A stretch of 63,181 nucleotides of DNA, counting the filler, from Octopus bimaculoides (taxonomy: Eukaryota), in the NCBI RefSeq assembly GCF_001194135.2. It is 4 parts of 4 records of this genome, joined end to end, with 100 filler letters (N's around TTAATTAATTAA, not from the genome) between each part and the next. Parts side by side here need not be neighbours in the genome. Positions count along the whole stretch, not along the records: positions 25,273 to 44,992 come from NC_068983.1; positions 45,093 to 60,755 come from NC_069005.1; 2 more parts are not named here. One strand, written 5' to 3'. Below are positions 38,800 through 50,689 of the stretch, piece after piece. A program made the position numbers and the translations under genes. The first letter of the stretch is position 1. Each line of letters starts with the position of its first letter. Below the pieces are notes generated by a model. It saw only the letters and a list, made by a program, of their open reading frames with translations. It did not search any database and was not told the DNA's origin.

Positions 38800-39803
38800 A
38801 AGCTCTGCGGAATATCAAGCGGGACTTTGGTAATGGGTTTGTTAACATCAGAACTGATCAGAGATGGTTCTAAAGATCTCGTTCCACAGATGATAGTCTG
38901 GAAAAGGAACCAATGGGGAGGCCAATGTCAGTTACTCGGCATGATGGATTAAATGCTTTGGTTGAACAAAATCCGAGAACAAAGGTCCCGAAACTTTCAT
39001 CAGAACTCCACACACCTCGCACAACTGTTTCTCGACACTTGGAAAATTCAAGAAAATGGATAAGTTTGTTCCAGATCAACTGAAGGAGATTAAAACAAAC
39101 AGACGCCTCGAAGTGTGCTTCTTTTTGCTTTCCCGACTGGGAAAAAAACCCTTTTGCATCGAATTGTAACATGTTATAATACATTGATACTCTTTGACAA
39201 CGGCGGGTGGACAGGACTGTGGGAGCCCCCTAAACACTACCCAAAACCACCATTGCACCCTAAAAAATTTATGGTAACTGTGTGGTTGTCTGTGAAGGTG
39301 GAGTATTCATTATTTATTTTTGCAAGAAGGAAAAACGGTAACACCAGCATCGTATTGCCAGGTAACTGATTGTATGCACGAGGATTTGAAAAAGAAGCAA
39401 CCCAGACTATGAATAGAGATGACACAATTTTGTTCCCCGACAATGCACGTCCTCACACTTCGCAAGATACCGTCCAAAAGTTGCAAAGCCTTAATTATGA
39501 GATCTTACTACATCCTCCCTATTCCCCTAATATCTCTCCTACTGATTATCACTTATTTAAGCATTTTGAGCTTTTCATACGCAATATAACATTCTTAAAT
39601 ATGAAATAGATAATTGAAGCAATGGGATAGTTTTTCACAGCAAAAGATGATTTTTTTTTTAATAATGGAATATTTGACTCGTGTTCAGTAAAGGTTGTAA
39701 ATGAACATGGATTATACTTTGATTAAATAAATCAGCTCTCTAACACTTCTAAAACATTTTATTGTTACCTTTCAAACATATTTCATGTGTGACAACCTAA
39801 TAT
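38800..39803 (+). mobile_element. Decayed mariner transposon
   Basis: Fragments LNALVEQNPR, FVPDQLKE, FLHRIVTC, KPPLHPKKFMVTVW, FPDNARPH, HPPYSPNISPTDYHLF. Right TIR-like ATTTCATGTGTGACAACCTAA-TA near 39780-39802. Confidence 0.88.
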
Positions 39804-41979
39804 TTGCATCAGAAAAGTTCAGTCACTCAATTTCCTAGGTGGAAAACTAATACCATCCTTCTTGTGTTGTTCTATTTTAGGGTTGTTTTCTTTACACTAT
39901 GTGAATACATGTGTGTATGTCCGCATCTACGTGTGTGGATATATCTGACTGTATACATAAATATATATTTATATATGCATGCACATACATATGTGAGTAT
40001 AACGCAGGGTTTCTGTCAATTAAATTCTACTTAGAACATAATTGGCTACTCAATAGTACGATGGACAAACGGCACACTAGGATTATATCCGAATCTCCGT
40101 GTTTGCATTGCAACACCTTAAGTACACAGTTTTGTCTAAAGTTATATTTGGTTGAAATTCATGAGAAACTTAAAAACATTATAACGATATGTGTGTTCAT
40201 CTCAACGATATATGTTCTGTATGGTAGGCATGTAAATCAGTAATGTTAAACTCTTTAATATACAATACGACAAATCCCTTTTGTGACTTCCAAAACGTGT
40301 CTGAAATTTATAGCATGTTACACTAGAACCGGTTCCCTATACTGACATCATTTTGGTGCAAGGTAATGGTAGATCTGTTTAGTTATTTTAAAATAGTGGC
40401 CCCTCTCATATGCATTCACAAAATGTAAGATACCTACAACATATCAAGAGCTTTGTACTCATGTTTTAACATAAAATATATGAACTGTTTTGTTGCGCGC
40501 ACACCCAGACGTGCAAACGCATATAAAGGAGCACACAGACATAAACACAAATGGAAAATGGCAGAGGCTACGCTCGCACACAGGCGGTTGTATATGATTT
40601 TGTATATACTGCAGAGTATTCGCAGTTGATAAGTATATATTGTTTTACAATGGAACAGAAGGAAAATAAAAGAGGTTGGAAACTAACTGGGTTTAATACT
40701 TACTTGATGATGCTGAAAACAATTAACAGTTGACATTCATGCGATTAATGAAGGAAGTCATTTTATGTTACATGTTTTTTTATTGTAAATTTACCACCAC
40801 TTGTATTGCACTTAGTATCGAGGAAAAGCTGACTCTCATATAAACACTATCTAAGATTATTTGAATAACATGTGTATTAATACTGAAAGTAAACGCAGCA
40901 TGCGTGAATGCATCGATCATTTCGTGGTGATGATGCATAAGATGGTATATTTTAATATCAAACGTTAATTATTCGCAATTAAGCTTAATATGTCAAAGTT
41001 TATTCATCTATTATTTTACGTTAATTTTATTTAACATATGTTACCTTGGAGAAATTATTTCAGAAATGCGTTTTCTTTTACTTTAATTACATTAGAATAT
41101 CGATTGCATATGCTAATTTGTAACGTGTTGCAACGTAATGCTACAGTGCATCTAATTCTGGCGTCAAATATACATTTCTTTTTAAGAAAATATCTAATAT
41201 AAAACATACAAATGTAAGACAAAATCTCATGCACGATCTTTTCAATGAAATGAAATAAATTAATTTTCCTACGCCATTTGATAATCAAATGTACAAAATG
41301 TACTTAAAAATATAAATATCATGTGAAAATTTTCACTTTCAAACATATTTTACAAATATGTAGATAGCAGAGTTCCTGAAGCTTTATCATATAAAAGTCG
41401 CAGTAATGAAATTGTTATATTTATGTAATCATTTCATTTTCTGGTTTGAAACAAAGCACTACAAAATAAGCCTATGCAGTTTGAATTACATTTAAATTAT
41501 GTTAGATGCCAGATAAGGTGTTAGATGGCTCATTTGCTAATAGGTAGTTACTATGTCTCTCCCTATTTACGTGTCTGTTTTCAGTGATTGATTACGTGTT
41601 CAATTTCTATTTTCTATGGGAATTGATGAGCTTACAATCGTTGGTAGAGAGCATTTCATTCAATCATGGTACTGAACTGTAAAATGGTTATTAGGTGCCG
41701 CAAATTTATAGTCCTTCCTTGCTTTAATATTTTACATAGCTGAAAATGCTAACAATTATAAACACCAACCCGCTCACTTTTTGTTTTTATTAGTAAACAA
41801 TACAATTGTAAAACAAAGCAAAAATAATTTTTCTTCTAAGCAATATTAAATAATTTATGCAGTTACCGTACAACGAAATTCATATTTGTAACATTTTTAA
41901 ATAGTAGATGTAACATACCACTTTCTCCTTGGATAATTTTTGAAATATTTGATGTTGAAAGCACTTGCATGACATCTTG

Positions 41980-43097
41980 GTCATTTTCGACATAATCTGA
42001 CTTGGTTGAGACTTCGAAGGGTGTGAGCACAACCCAGACGGAAAAAAAATGTCTCATAATCTAATTTTTTATCAATACTCGTTTACCCTTTTAAGTATGT
42101 TAACAGGTTACTTCCTAACAGTAAAACATTAAGGTCACCCTAAGCAGACTTTTTATATGTTCAACCTGGTTACAAACGATACTTTAAATCAGATATGCAA
42201 ATATTAGCCTTATATTAGCTCTATACAATTGAACGAATTAACTTAGAGAGATAACCTAATATTTCTACTGTGAAACTAAACTGCAAAGATTGTTTGGGAT
42301 ATTTACCCTTTGAACGGCACATCGAGAAATTAATTTTTTGTAACTAAACACATTCAAACTTTGAACACTGATAGAATGTGTCGTGTAAAACATCTTTTAC
42401 TTTTAGTGGTGTTGAGAAGAGTTTCTATTTTCAAAACATGAAGAGCTATTTCTAAATTTACTTATGTGTTTGCCTCACGTTTGCATAAAATCGAAGGACC
42501 TTTTAGGAGATTTCCTGGCTAGAGAGAGTACAAATGAGTTAAATTTGACTTGAGCTTAGAAGTGAGTGGGACTGGAAAAGTTACTCAATGCCTAGGTTTT
42601 AAACAATGTTATAGATTAAGTCTACTATCTGAGTGTCTAATTTTACTAAAAAAAATATCGAAAGATTTGAGCACATGGGAGAAAACAGTTGACGTTTTAA
42701 TAATGTGGTATTCTGGGATGTAACACAAGCATCACCGCGATAAAACCAATATTAACCACACAGTTATGAATGTACCCGCCTCTTTTTCTTTAAATATATA
42801 TTTAAGTGTATTCTTAGAGAAGGCAATTATTGCAGGTTATGAAACTTAATCCATTTACAAGGATCTTAATAGAGAAAAAGAATTACGTTCAAAGAAATAG
42901 TAATTACATTTAGGGTGTAGAATCCGTGAAACTAGATGTTCAGTCATTTTCGACATAATCTGACTTGGTTGAGACTTCGAAGGCTGCGAGCACAACCCAG
43001 ACGGAAAAAAATGTCTCATAATCTAATTTTTTATCAATACTCGTTTACCCCTTTAAGTATGTTAACAGGTTACTTCCTAACAGTAAAACATTAAGGT
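41980..43097. repeat. Direct repeat of ~156 bp (41980-42135 and 42943-43097) flanking ~807 bp
   Basis: GTCATTTTCGACATAATCTGACTTGGTTGAGACTTCGAAGG...CAGTAAAACATTAAGGT present twice with only a few differences. Confidence 0.92.
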
Positions 43098-43652
43098 GTC
43101 TTTCCACATATTTCAGTACATAAAGTTATTTGTACCACGTATGAAACCAAATGACAATGATGAAGACTTGAAACTGTCATGCTACTAGAATAAAATAGTT
43201 CCATAAAATTTTATTAGAAATTTTTAGCTTTTGCTTTTTCATTTCTAAAAGAAATGACGCGTGGGTTGAATATTTTCTATATTAAAACAGGTATCTTTAA
43301 AAATAGATAGACGCTATTCACAGCATCGTACTGGTAAATATAAACATATAATGTCCCAAACTTGTAAAACCCATTGCTCATTTGTTGTTCGTTATAGAAA
43401 AGTTATAGTCAGTATTGAGGAAGAGTGTTTTGTACTTTTTATAGCTTTATTGATTATTTATCCCCTTTAATCTTCCATATTCATGGGACATCACAATAGG
43501 TTATCTCCATTAATCATGATAACGCGTTGGGGAAAACTTCATTATATAACAATGTAAATGCATATCAAATGTATTTGCAATGCATACACTATTATTAAAG
43601 AATATTATGTTTACACATACACACAAATTTGCACCCATGATGCATATATACA

Positions 43653-43724
<72 letters not shown>

Positions 43725-44298
43725 NNNNNNNNNNNNNNNNNNNNNNNNNNNNNNNNNNNNNNNNNNNNNNNNNNNNNNNNNNNNNNNNNNNNNNNNNNNN
43801 NNNNNNNNNNNNNNNNNNNNNNNNNNNNNNNNNNNNNNNNNNNNNNNNNNNNNNNNNNNNNNNNNNNNNNNNNNNNNNNNNNNNNNNNNNNNNNNNNNNN
43901 NNNNNNNNNNNNNNNNNNNNNNNNNNNNNNNNNNNNNNNNNNNNNNNNNNNNNNNNNNNNNNNNNNNNNNNNNNNNNNNNNNNNNNNNNNNNNNNNNNNN
44001 NNNNNNNNNNNNNNNNNNNNNNNNNNNNNNNNNNNNNNNNNNNNNNNNNNNNNNNNNNNNNNNNNNNNNNNNNNNNNNNNNNNNNNNNNNNNNNNNNNNN
44101 NNNNNNNNNNNNNNNNNNNNNNNNNNNNNNNNNNNNNNNNNNNNNNNNNNNNNNNNNNNNNNNNNNNNNNNNNNNNNNNNNNNNNNNNNNNNNNNNNNNN
44201 NNNNNNNNNNNNNNNCGCTGAACACAACTCGAAAATAAAATGTGAAGTACTTTATGTTAGGTCTAATACATCAGTGTTTACTTCAGGTTAAGTTGCAA

Positions 44299-44327
44299 AC
44301 AGCAACAACAAAAACAACAACAACAAC

Positions 44328-44403
<76 letters not shown>
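44299..44403. repeat. (AAC)n(AAT)n microsatellite at the 5' junction of an R4/Dong fragment
   Basis: Direct reading. Confidence 0.95.
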
Positions 44404-44992
44404 GAACAGGTATGGGAAGACATCTCAGCCGCTGACCTAAGGAGGGCACTAACGAAGGCTCATAAGTGGAAATCCCCTGGTACTGATAGAGTACCAAATT
44501 TCTGGCTCTCATCACTCTCGCCCGTACACAAAATCTTAGTAGTACTATTTAATAGTATTATGAAAGACCCAGAAAAAACTCCCCATTAGATGGCAAATGG
44601 TATTACTTAGCTCCTCCCGAAAAATAACGAAACCAAAGATCCAAAATACTACCGGCCTATAACATGTTTGTCTACTACCTATAAAATTTTGACATCTATT
44701 CTAGTGGAGAAAACATATAAGTTTATGGAAGAGAATAACCTCTTTCCCACTGAACAAAAAGGATGCAGACGAGGCTCATACGGATGCAAAGATCAGCTCT
44801 TAATTAATTGCATGATCCTTGAGAACTGCCATAACAAGCGCAGAAATCTCAGCTCTTCATGGATTGATTATAAAAAAGCCTTTGACAGCATACCACATTC
44901 GTGGATTCTGAAATCGCTGGACATTTTAAAAATTTCTCCTGTGATTTCAGATTTTTTAAAGTATAACATGTCCCTATGGAACACGAAGCTGC
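44404..44992 (+). mobile_element. R4/Dong-clade LINE fragment (N-terminal part of RT), cut off by a gap
   Basis: KWKSPGTDRVPNFWL..YRPITCLSTTYKILTSIL..LFPTEQKGCRRGSYGCKDQLLIN..WIDYKKAFDSIPHSWI are typical R4-clade RT motifs; contains in-frame stops. Confidence 0.9.
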
Positions 44993-45092
44993 NNNNNNNN
45001 NNNNNNNNNNNNNNNNNNNNNNNNNNNNNNNNNNNNTTAATTAATTAANNNNNNNNNNNNNNNNNNNNNNNNNNNNNNNNNNNNNNNNNNNN

Positions 45093-45402
45093 TACTATAA
45101 AACTCGTAGGGCAGACCATCCAGTCCCGGCGACCTGTCCCGCGCGCTCTCTGCCAGCACCTCTTTGACCTCCGCAGCTGTGATCGGCCCTTCACAACGCC
45201 CCGCCTCACTTGCTGAGAGTCGCGGTCCGTCAGCCAGGAAATCCATTAAGGGCTCCCCATGGTCCAACGTCTCGTTTGTCCCAAACAACCGTGCGAAATA
45301 CTGATGAAAGGCCTTCTGCATCTCCTCCTGTCCTTTGATCCAGCGCCCCTGTTCGTCAATTAAAGACTGCACAGAAGCATTTCTGCCTCTCCGACTCTCC
45401 AC
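45093..45402 (-). mobile_element. Tx1/L1-clade LINE ORF2 fragment (APE-RT linker)
   Basis: HQYFARLFG..PRLSASEAGRCEGPITAAEVKEVL..DRSPGLDGLPYEFY, homologous to PRLSARDAECCEGATTAAEV..DKSSGLDGLLYKLY at 51697+. Confidence 0.88.
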
Positions 45403-46039
45403 ATGACGGGCCCATCTGGCAACATTAATACCTTCTCTGCCTACCGTAAGTATGAAAATACATATATGGAAAAATACATATACATATTCTCTCTTGTGTG
45501 TATAAGAGAGAAAAAAGCCAGGTCAGTTCCTCCTCATTTTTGCGATTATCAAAGAATATGTATATGTATTTTTCCACATATGTATTTTCATACTTACACT
45601 GTTTTAAACATTTTCATCTTATTATCAGAGAATGTGTGATAATCAGTATGTAACACTACAAAGTTCATACAAAGCTTTATACTTTAAATATATTCCTCTT
45701 ATTATCATCAAAGAATGTATATATGCATTTTAATATTCAAACTGTTTTTTAACATTTTTTATTATTCTCAAAGACTTTTGATAATCTTTTTCTAAAAAAG
45801 TGAAACCGGTTAAGTAAATAAATATCTTTAAAATAAGTGCATTTTCAAACCTTCTTTCATATATATTTCCACTCGTACGGTNNNNNNNNNNNNNNNNNNN
45901 NNNNNNNNNNNNNNNNNNNNNNNNNNNNNNNNNNNNNNNNNNNNNNNNNNNNNNNNNNNNNNNNNNNNNNNNNNNNNNNNNNNNNNNNNNNNNNNNNNNN
46001 NNNNNNNNNNNNNNNNNNNNNNNNNNNNNNNNNNNNNNN

Positions 46040-46080
<41 letters not shown>

Positions 46081-46087
<7 letters not shown>

Positions 46088-47146
46088 GTTTGTTATAGAC
46101 ATGTATAAGATAAAATCTTATATAAAGCACTACAAAGAGTTAGAAAAAATGGAGAAGAGAAAATATTACAAGTTCAAATTAGAATTTAATTTTCACATAC
46201 GACCGTTTCAAATGATAATACCAACATTTAAGAAAAAACATTAATTATAATAATAATTAAATTAGTTATGTATAACCATTCTCGTCAGTACAAAAATTTA
46301 AGGAAAACATCAAAAAAGGTATAACAAAAGAAAATTAGAAGGAAAACAAAGAGGCTATGTCGGAGAAGCCGATCGGATATTTGTAAATAAATTGTAAAAG
46401 GGGTAAAAAAGAAGAGATACAGGAACATGTTTATGTAGTTTCAAGTCTATCTGTGTAAAAAAACTATAACAGTTTTGGTCAACGGATATTTTAAAATATA
46501 AGCAGGAAAAATCTGAGACAAAAAATATAAACAAAAGATGAACACACGTATCTAACATACATAAATGCACGCTCTCTTACATAAAAAAAACTATATACAC
46601 CTACACGCATATACATTTGAATACAAAGAAAATAATATAATAATAGTAAGCGTCTAGTGGGATATGATAGCTATATTTAAAAATTATTTTAGTGTATTAA
46701 CAGCTTCTTTTTTTGTCTTGAATTTTCCTGCTTATATTTAAAAATATCCGTTGACCAAAACTGTTATAGTTTTTTTACACAGATAGACTCGAAACTACAT
46801 TAACATGTTCCTGTATCTCTTCCTCTTTTTTTTTCCTTTTACAATTTGTTTACAAATATCCGATCGACTTCTCCGACATAGCCTTTTTGTTTTCCGTCTA
46901 ATTTTCTTTTGTTTATACCTTTTTTGATGTTTTTCTTAAACTTTTTGCACTAACGAGAATGGCAATACATAACTAATTTATTATTATAATTAATGTTTTT
47001 TCTTATATGTTGGTATTCGAAATTATCGTATGTGAAAATTAAATTCTAATTTGAACTTTTAACATCTTTTCTTCTCCATTTTTCTAACTGTTAGTAGTGC
47101 TTTATATAAGATTTTATCTTATACATGACTATAACAAACTTTTTAC
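46081..47146. repeat. Large foldback inverted repeat: arms 46081-46525 and 46708-47146, spacer ~180 bp
   Basis: Arms complementary along their length (e.g. GTAAAAAGTTTGTTATAG / CTATAACAAACTTTTTAC; AAAACTATAACAGTTTTGGTCAACGGATATTT / AAATATCCGTTGACCAAAACTGTTATAGTTTT) with scattered mismatches. Confidence 0.93.
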
Positions 47147-47397
47147 TTGTTATTTTCATATTTTAAATACTTGCTATAGCAAGCTATTATTTTGATATGA
47201 AGAATATTTATTAGAAATATATCTTTCTGGACCCCCAAAAAAGTTTGAATTGTTCTACTTGAACCTATTTTTTCTCTCTCTCTCTGACACGCACACACAC
47301 ATGTATATGTATGTATATATATATGTATGTATNNNNNNNNNNNNNNNNNNNNNNNNNNNNNNNNNNNNNNNNNTCTACACGCACACAAACACACACA

Positions 47398-48600
47398 CAC
47401 ACACGACAGAAGTAGACACAATTACAATCATTAGAATTATTTAAATTTGAAATTATACATTCGAATTATTTATTATGATAATTGTTATAATGTGAATATT
47501 TTATAATTAGTAGACATGCCCTTTGCATTTTTCAATGCTAGGATTCTATAGGCATGTTACTGGTCAGATGACGAATATTCTCTCGCAGAATTTTTTGCTA
47601 AGTTTCATGCAGTAATCTTAAAAGATCTGGCTTTGAAGATGCTTTCTTGTCCATTTTATGAAGTACCCTTTTCATTATGTCACAGACGTATTCAATAGGG
47701 TTCATATCTGGTGATTGGCTTGGCCTTGGAAGCTTTTTAATGCCGTTCTCATCCAACAGATCTTGGGTCATTTTAGCCGTGTGGCAAAGAGCCCCATCTT
47801 CCATAGTCTTCTTTAATCATTTCACTACTGGAGAAGATTGGAAGGAATCATTTCTGCAATATGGACACATATTTATCTGAGTTTATGACTCCCTCACACT
47901 CCACCAAATTGCTCCCCAGACCATCACAGAATAGCTGCCATATTTCATTGTTGGCTACAATCTTTTCACATCAAATTCTTGATCACAGAGTTTCCAGACC
48001 CACACTCGACTAATGTCAGGAAATACAGCAAATCTGGACTCATCAGAGAATATGACAGTGTCCCAAAATGCTAGTGGCTTCTCCGCTATCTCACTGTTCC
48101 AATCTTTTCTCCGCTTGAGGTTGGCTGATCGAAGAAGTGGCTTCCTTCTTGCTGCTCTGCCAGAGTAACCAAGTTTGTGGAGATACCTGACAGTTGTTCT
48201 GGGACTGACATCAACTTGTTCTGCTATGTTGGAGGCCTTGCAACGAGGATTATCCTCCACATTTCTCTTAGCAAAGAGAAGGGTCCTGTCAAAGGGCCTT
48301 GGTTTATCTGGACGAGGTGATGTAGACTCCTTCCCCTCTCTGGTGAATTGCACAATCAGTCTATTAATTGTAGAAAGCAGTATCCAAAGGTTTTCTACAA
48401 TTTTACGCTGTCCACCTTCAGAATTACACACAATACAACCTCTTTGAAATTCAGACAGTTCCAAAGCTTCTTTTGTACATGGCATGATTAAGCAGTTACA
48501 TATAAAAACTGAAACATAAAAATGCCAATGAATAAAAGATATAAACCTTTACGGATAAAACGATGTTATGGCGTGTCTATTTACTTCTGTCATGTCTGTG
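47398..48600 (-). mobile_element. Tc1-family (DD34E) transposon, frameshifted
   Basis: ELSEFQRGCIV.., RAARRKPLL, VIFSDESRF, EDGALCH, SQSPDMNPIE. Imperfect termini CACACGACAGAAGTAGACAC (~47400) and GTGTCTATTTACTTCTGTCATGTCTGTG (48573-48600). Confidence 0.9.
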
Positions 48601-49189
48601 TATGTATGTATGTGTGTGTGTGCGCGCGTGTGTGTGAGTGTACATATACATATACACATAAGACACCCATATTACCTCTATTTATTTATATAAATAAAAT
48701 TCTTTGCCTCTGTCTGTTTATCTGTTTCCTATGCATTCTCAAACGGCTTGACCAAATCAAATCAAATTTTACAAGGTGATAGTATTGGACCCTGTGAGTG
48801 TAAACATGTAATTGTTATTCTCATTTGGATTAAAACAATATAACATTTTATCTAATATAATCTTTCTATAGTAAAGGACATTTTATACCACCACGATGAC
48901 AATAACATTACATTTTGTATATGAGCGTGTATGTGTCTGTGAGTGTGTGTGTGTGTTTGCGCATTCATTACGTACTTTAGGCCTCAGAGAATTAAACACA
49001 CACACACACACATCTACACATATGTGATGACTGACAAGTATATGTATGTGTGAGTATACATACATTTTTGTGACGACTGACACACACACACACATATTTA
49101 GAAAGAGAGAGAGATAGAGAGAGAGGCAGACAAACAGAGGGAGAGAGATAGGCCATTATACAAAGAAAGATACAATTAAAGCGTTAGAT

Positions 49190-49260
<71 letters not shown>

Positions 49261-49726
49261 GAAAGATGGAGATGTCCCACTAAAGTCTAGAATCGGCTCA
49301 TGCACACATCAACACATATATATACGTATGTGATGACTGACAAGTATATACTGAATATTGTTTACCCTGAGGTATGCATGAATGTATGTCTGTGTCTGTC
49401 TTAGTTTATGTATGTGAGAGTGTATGTGTGTGTGAGTGTATGTGAGAGTGTATGTGTGTGTGAGTGTATGTGAAAGTGTATGTGTGCGTGAGTACATGTA
49501 ATTGTATGTGTGTATGAGTGTATGTGTGTGAGAGTGTATGTGTGTGTAAGTGAGAGAGTGTATCTGTGTGTGAGTGTATGCGAGAGTGTGTGAGTGTATG
49601 TAAAAGTGTATGTGTGTGAGTATATGCGTGATAATTTTTATTTTCATTTGAATTAAAACAATATAACACTTTATCTACACACATCTACACATACATATAC
49701 ATACATCTACACATACATATACATAT

Positions 49727-49830
49727 GTACTAGCTACGGCTGTACATATTCTAAAATTGGAACGATACAGAGATTAGCATGGCCCCTGCGCAAGGATGAC
49801 ACGCAAATTCGTGAAGCGTTCCATATTTTT
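49727..49830 (+). pseudogene. U6: Full-length U6 snRNA copy, probably a retropseudogene (3-nt deletion after the ACAGAGA box)
   Basis: GTACTAGCTACGGCTGTACATATTCTAAAATTGGAACGATACAGAGATTAGCATGGCCCCTGCGCAAGGATGACACGCAAATTCGTGAAGCGTTCCATATTTTT. The 3' two-thirds match metazoan U6 except ACAGAGAAGATTAGC > ACAGAGATTAGC. No TATA box at about -30. Confidence 0.95.
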
Positions 49831-50243
49831 AATAGGCGTAGGAGTGGCTGTGTGGTAAGTAGCTTGCTTACCAACCACATGGTTCCGGGTTCAGTCCCAC
49901 TGCATGGCACCTTGGGAAAGTGTCTTCTACTACAGCCTCGGGCCGACCAAAGCCTTGTGAGTGGATTTGGTAGACGGAAACTGAAAGAAGCCCGTCGTAT
50001 ATATGTATATATATATGTATGTGTGTATATATGTTTGCGTGTCTGTGTTTTTCCCCCCAAAATCGCTTGACAACCGATGCTGGTGTGTTTACGTCCCCGT
50101 AACTTAGCGGTTCGGCAAAAGAGACCGATAGAATAAGTACTAGGCTTCCAAAGAATAAGTCCTGGGGTCGATTTGCTCGACTAAAGGTGGTGCTCCAGCA
50201 TGGCCACAGTCAAATGACTGAAACAAGTAAAAGAGTAAAAGAG
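49831..50243 (+). mobile_element. Full-length SINE family A (tRNA-like head, central microsatellite, (GTAAAAGA)n tail); resembles octopus OR-type tRNA SINEs
   Basis: A-box-like TGGCTGTGTGG and B-box-like GGTTCAGTCC; tail GTAAAAGAGTAAAAGAG; at least six related copies in the window. Confidence 0.93.
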
Positions 50244-50689
50244 ATATGTGATGACTGACAAGTATATAATAAATAGTTTTTACCTTGAGGTGTGCGTGAA
50301 TGTATGTCTGTGTGTATCTGAGTATATGTATGTGAGTGTATGTGTGTGTGAGTGTATGCGAGAGTGTATGTACGAGTGAGTGTATGTGTGATTGTCAAGT
50401 ACACTGATGTAAACTGGCTATGAGAAAGAGCTATACTGGCTCCAACTAATGAAATGGTTAATAAACTCAATCATGAACTTCATCAAAAGTTAACAGATAC
50501 ATCAGAAATGACTTTTCGATCAATTGAAATACTACAAAGCAGTTATAAACAGAACATGCATTTAATATTAAAAAACAATGATGAATTAATAAGATGAATT
50601 TTCTTTCCTGGGGGTCGACAGCTTTGCAACGATATCGCTGTTGTTGCTTGTGTTGGTGGCGGTGCTGGCATTCATGCTCACACTTGCAC

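Larger units (their letters stand above)
48800..50400. repeat. Local degenerate tandem repeat (core TATGTGATGACTGACAAGTATAT at 49021, 49327, 50245) interleaved with (GT)/(GA) tracts
   Basis: Direct reading. 49327-49400 matches 50245-50320, and 48820-48855 matches 49640-49677. Confidence 0.85.

Noticed and set aside
40520-40600. TATA-box promoter (CATATAAAGG) with downstream ATG
   Set aside because: Such motifs are common in AT-rich DNA, and the downstream ORF is short with no supporting homology.
49836-49910. Possible tRNA gene
   Set aside because: It is the tRNA-derived head of a SINE: no complete cloverleaf or acceptor stem, and it continues into the SINE body.
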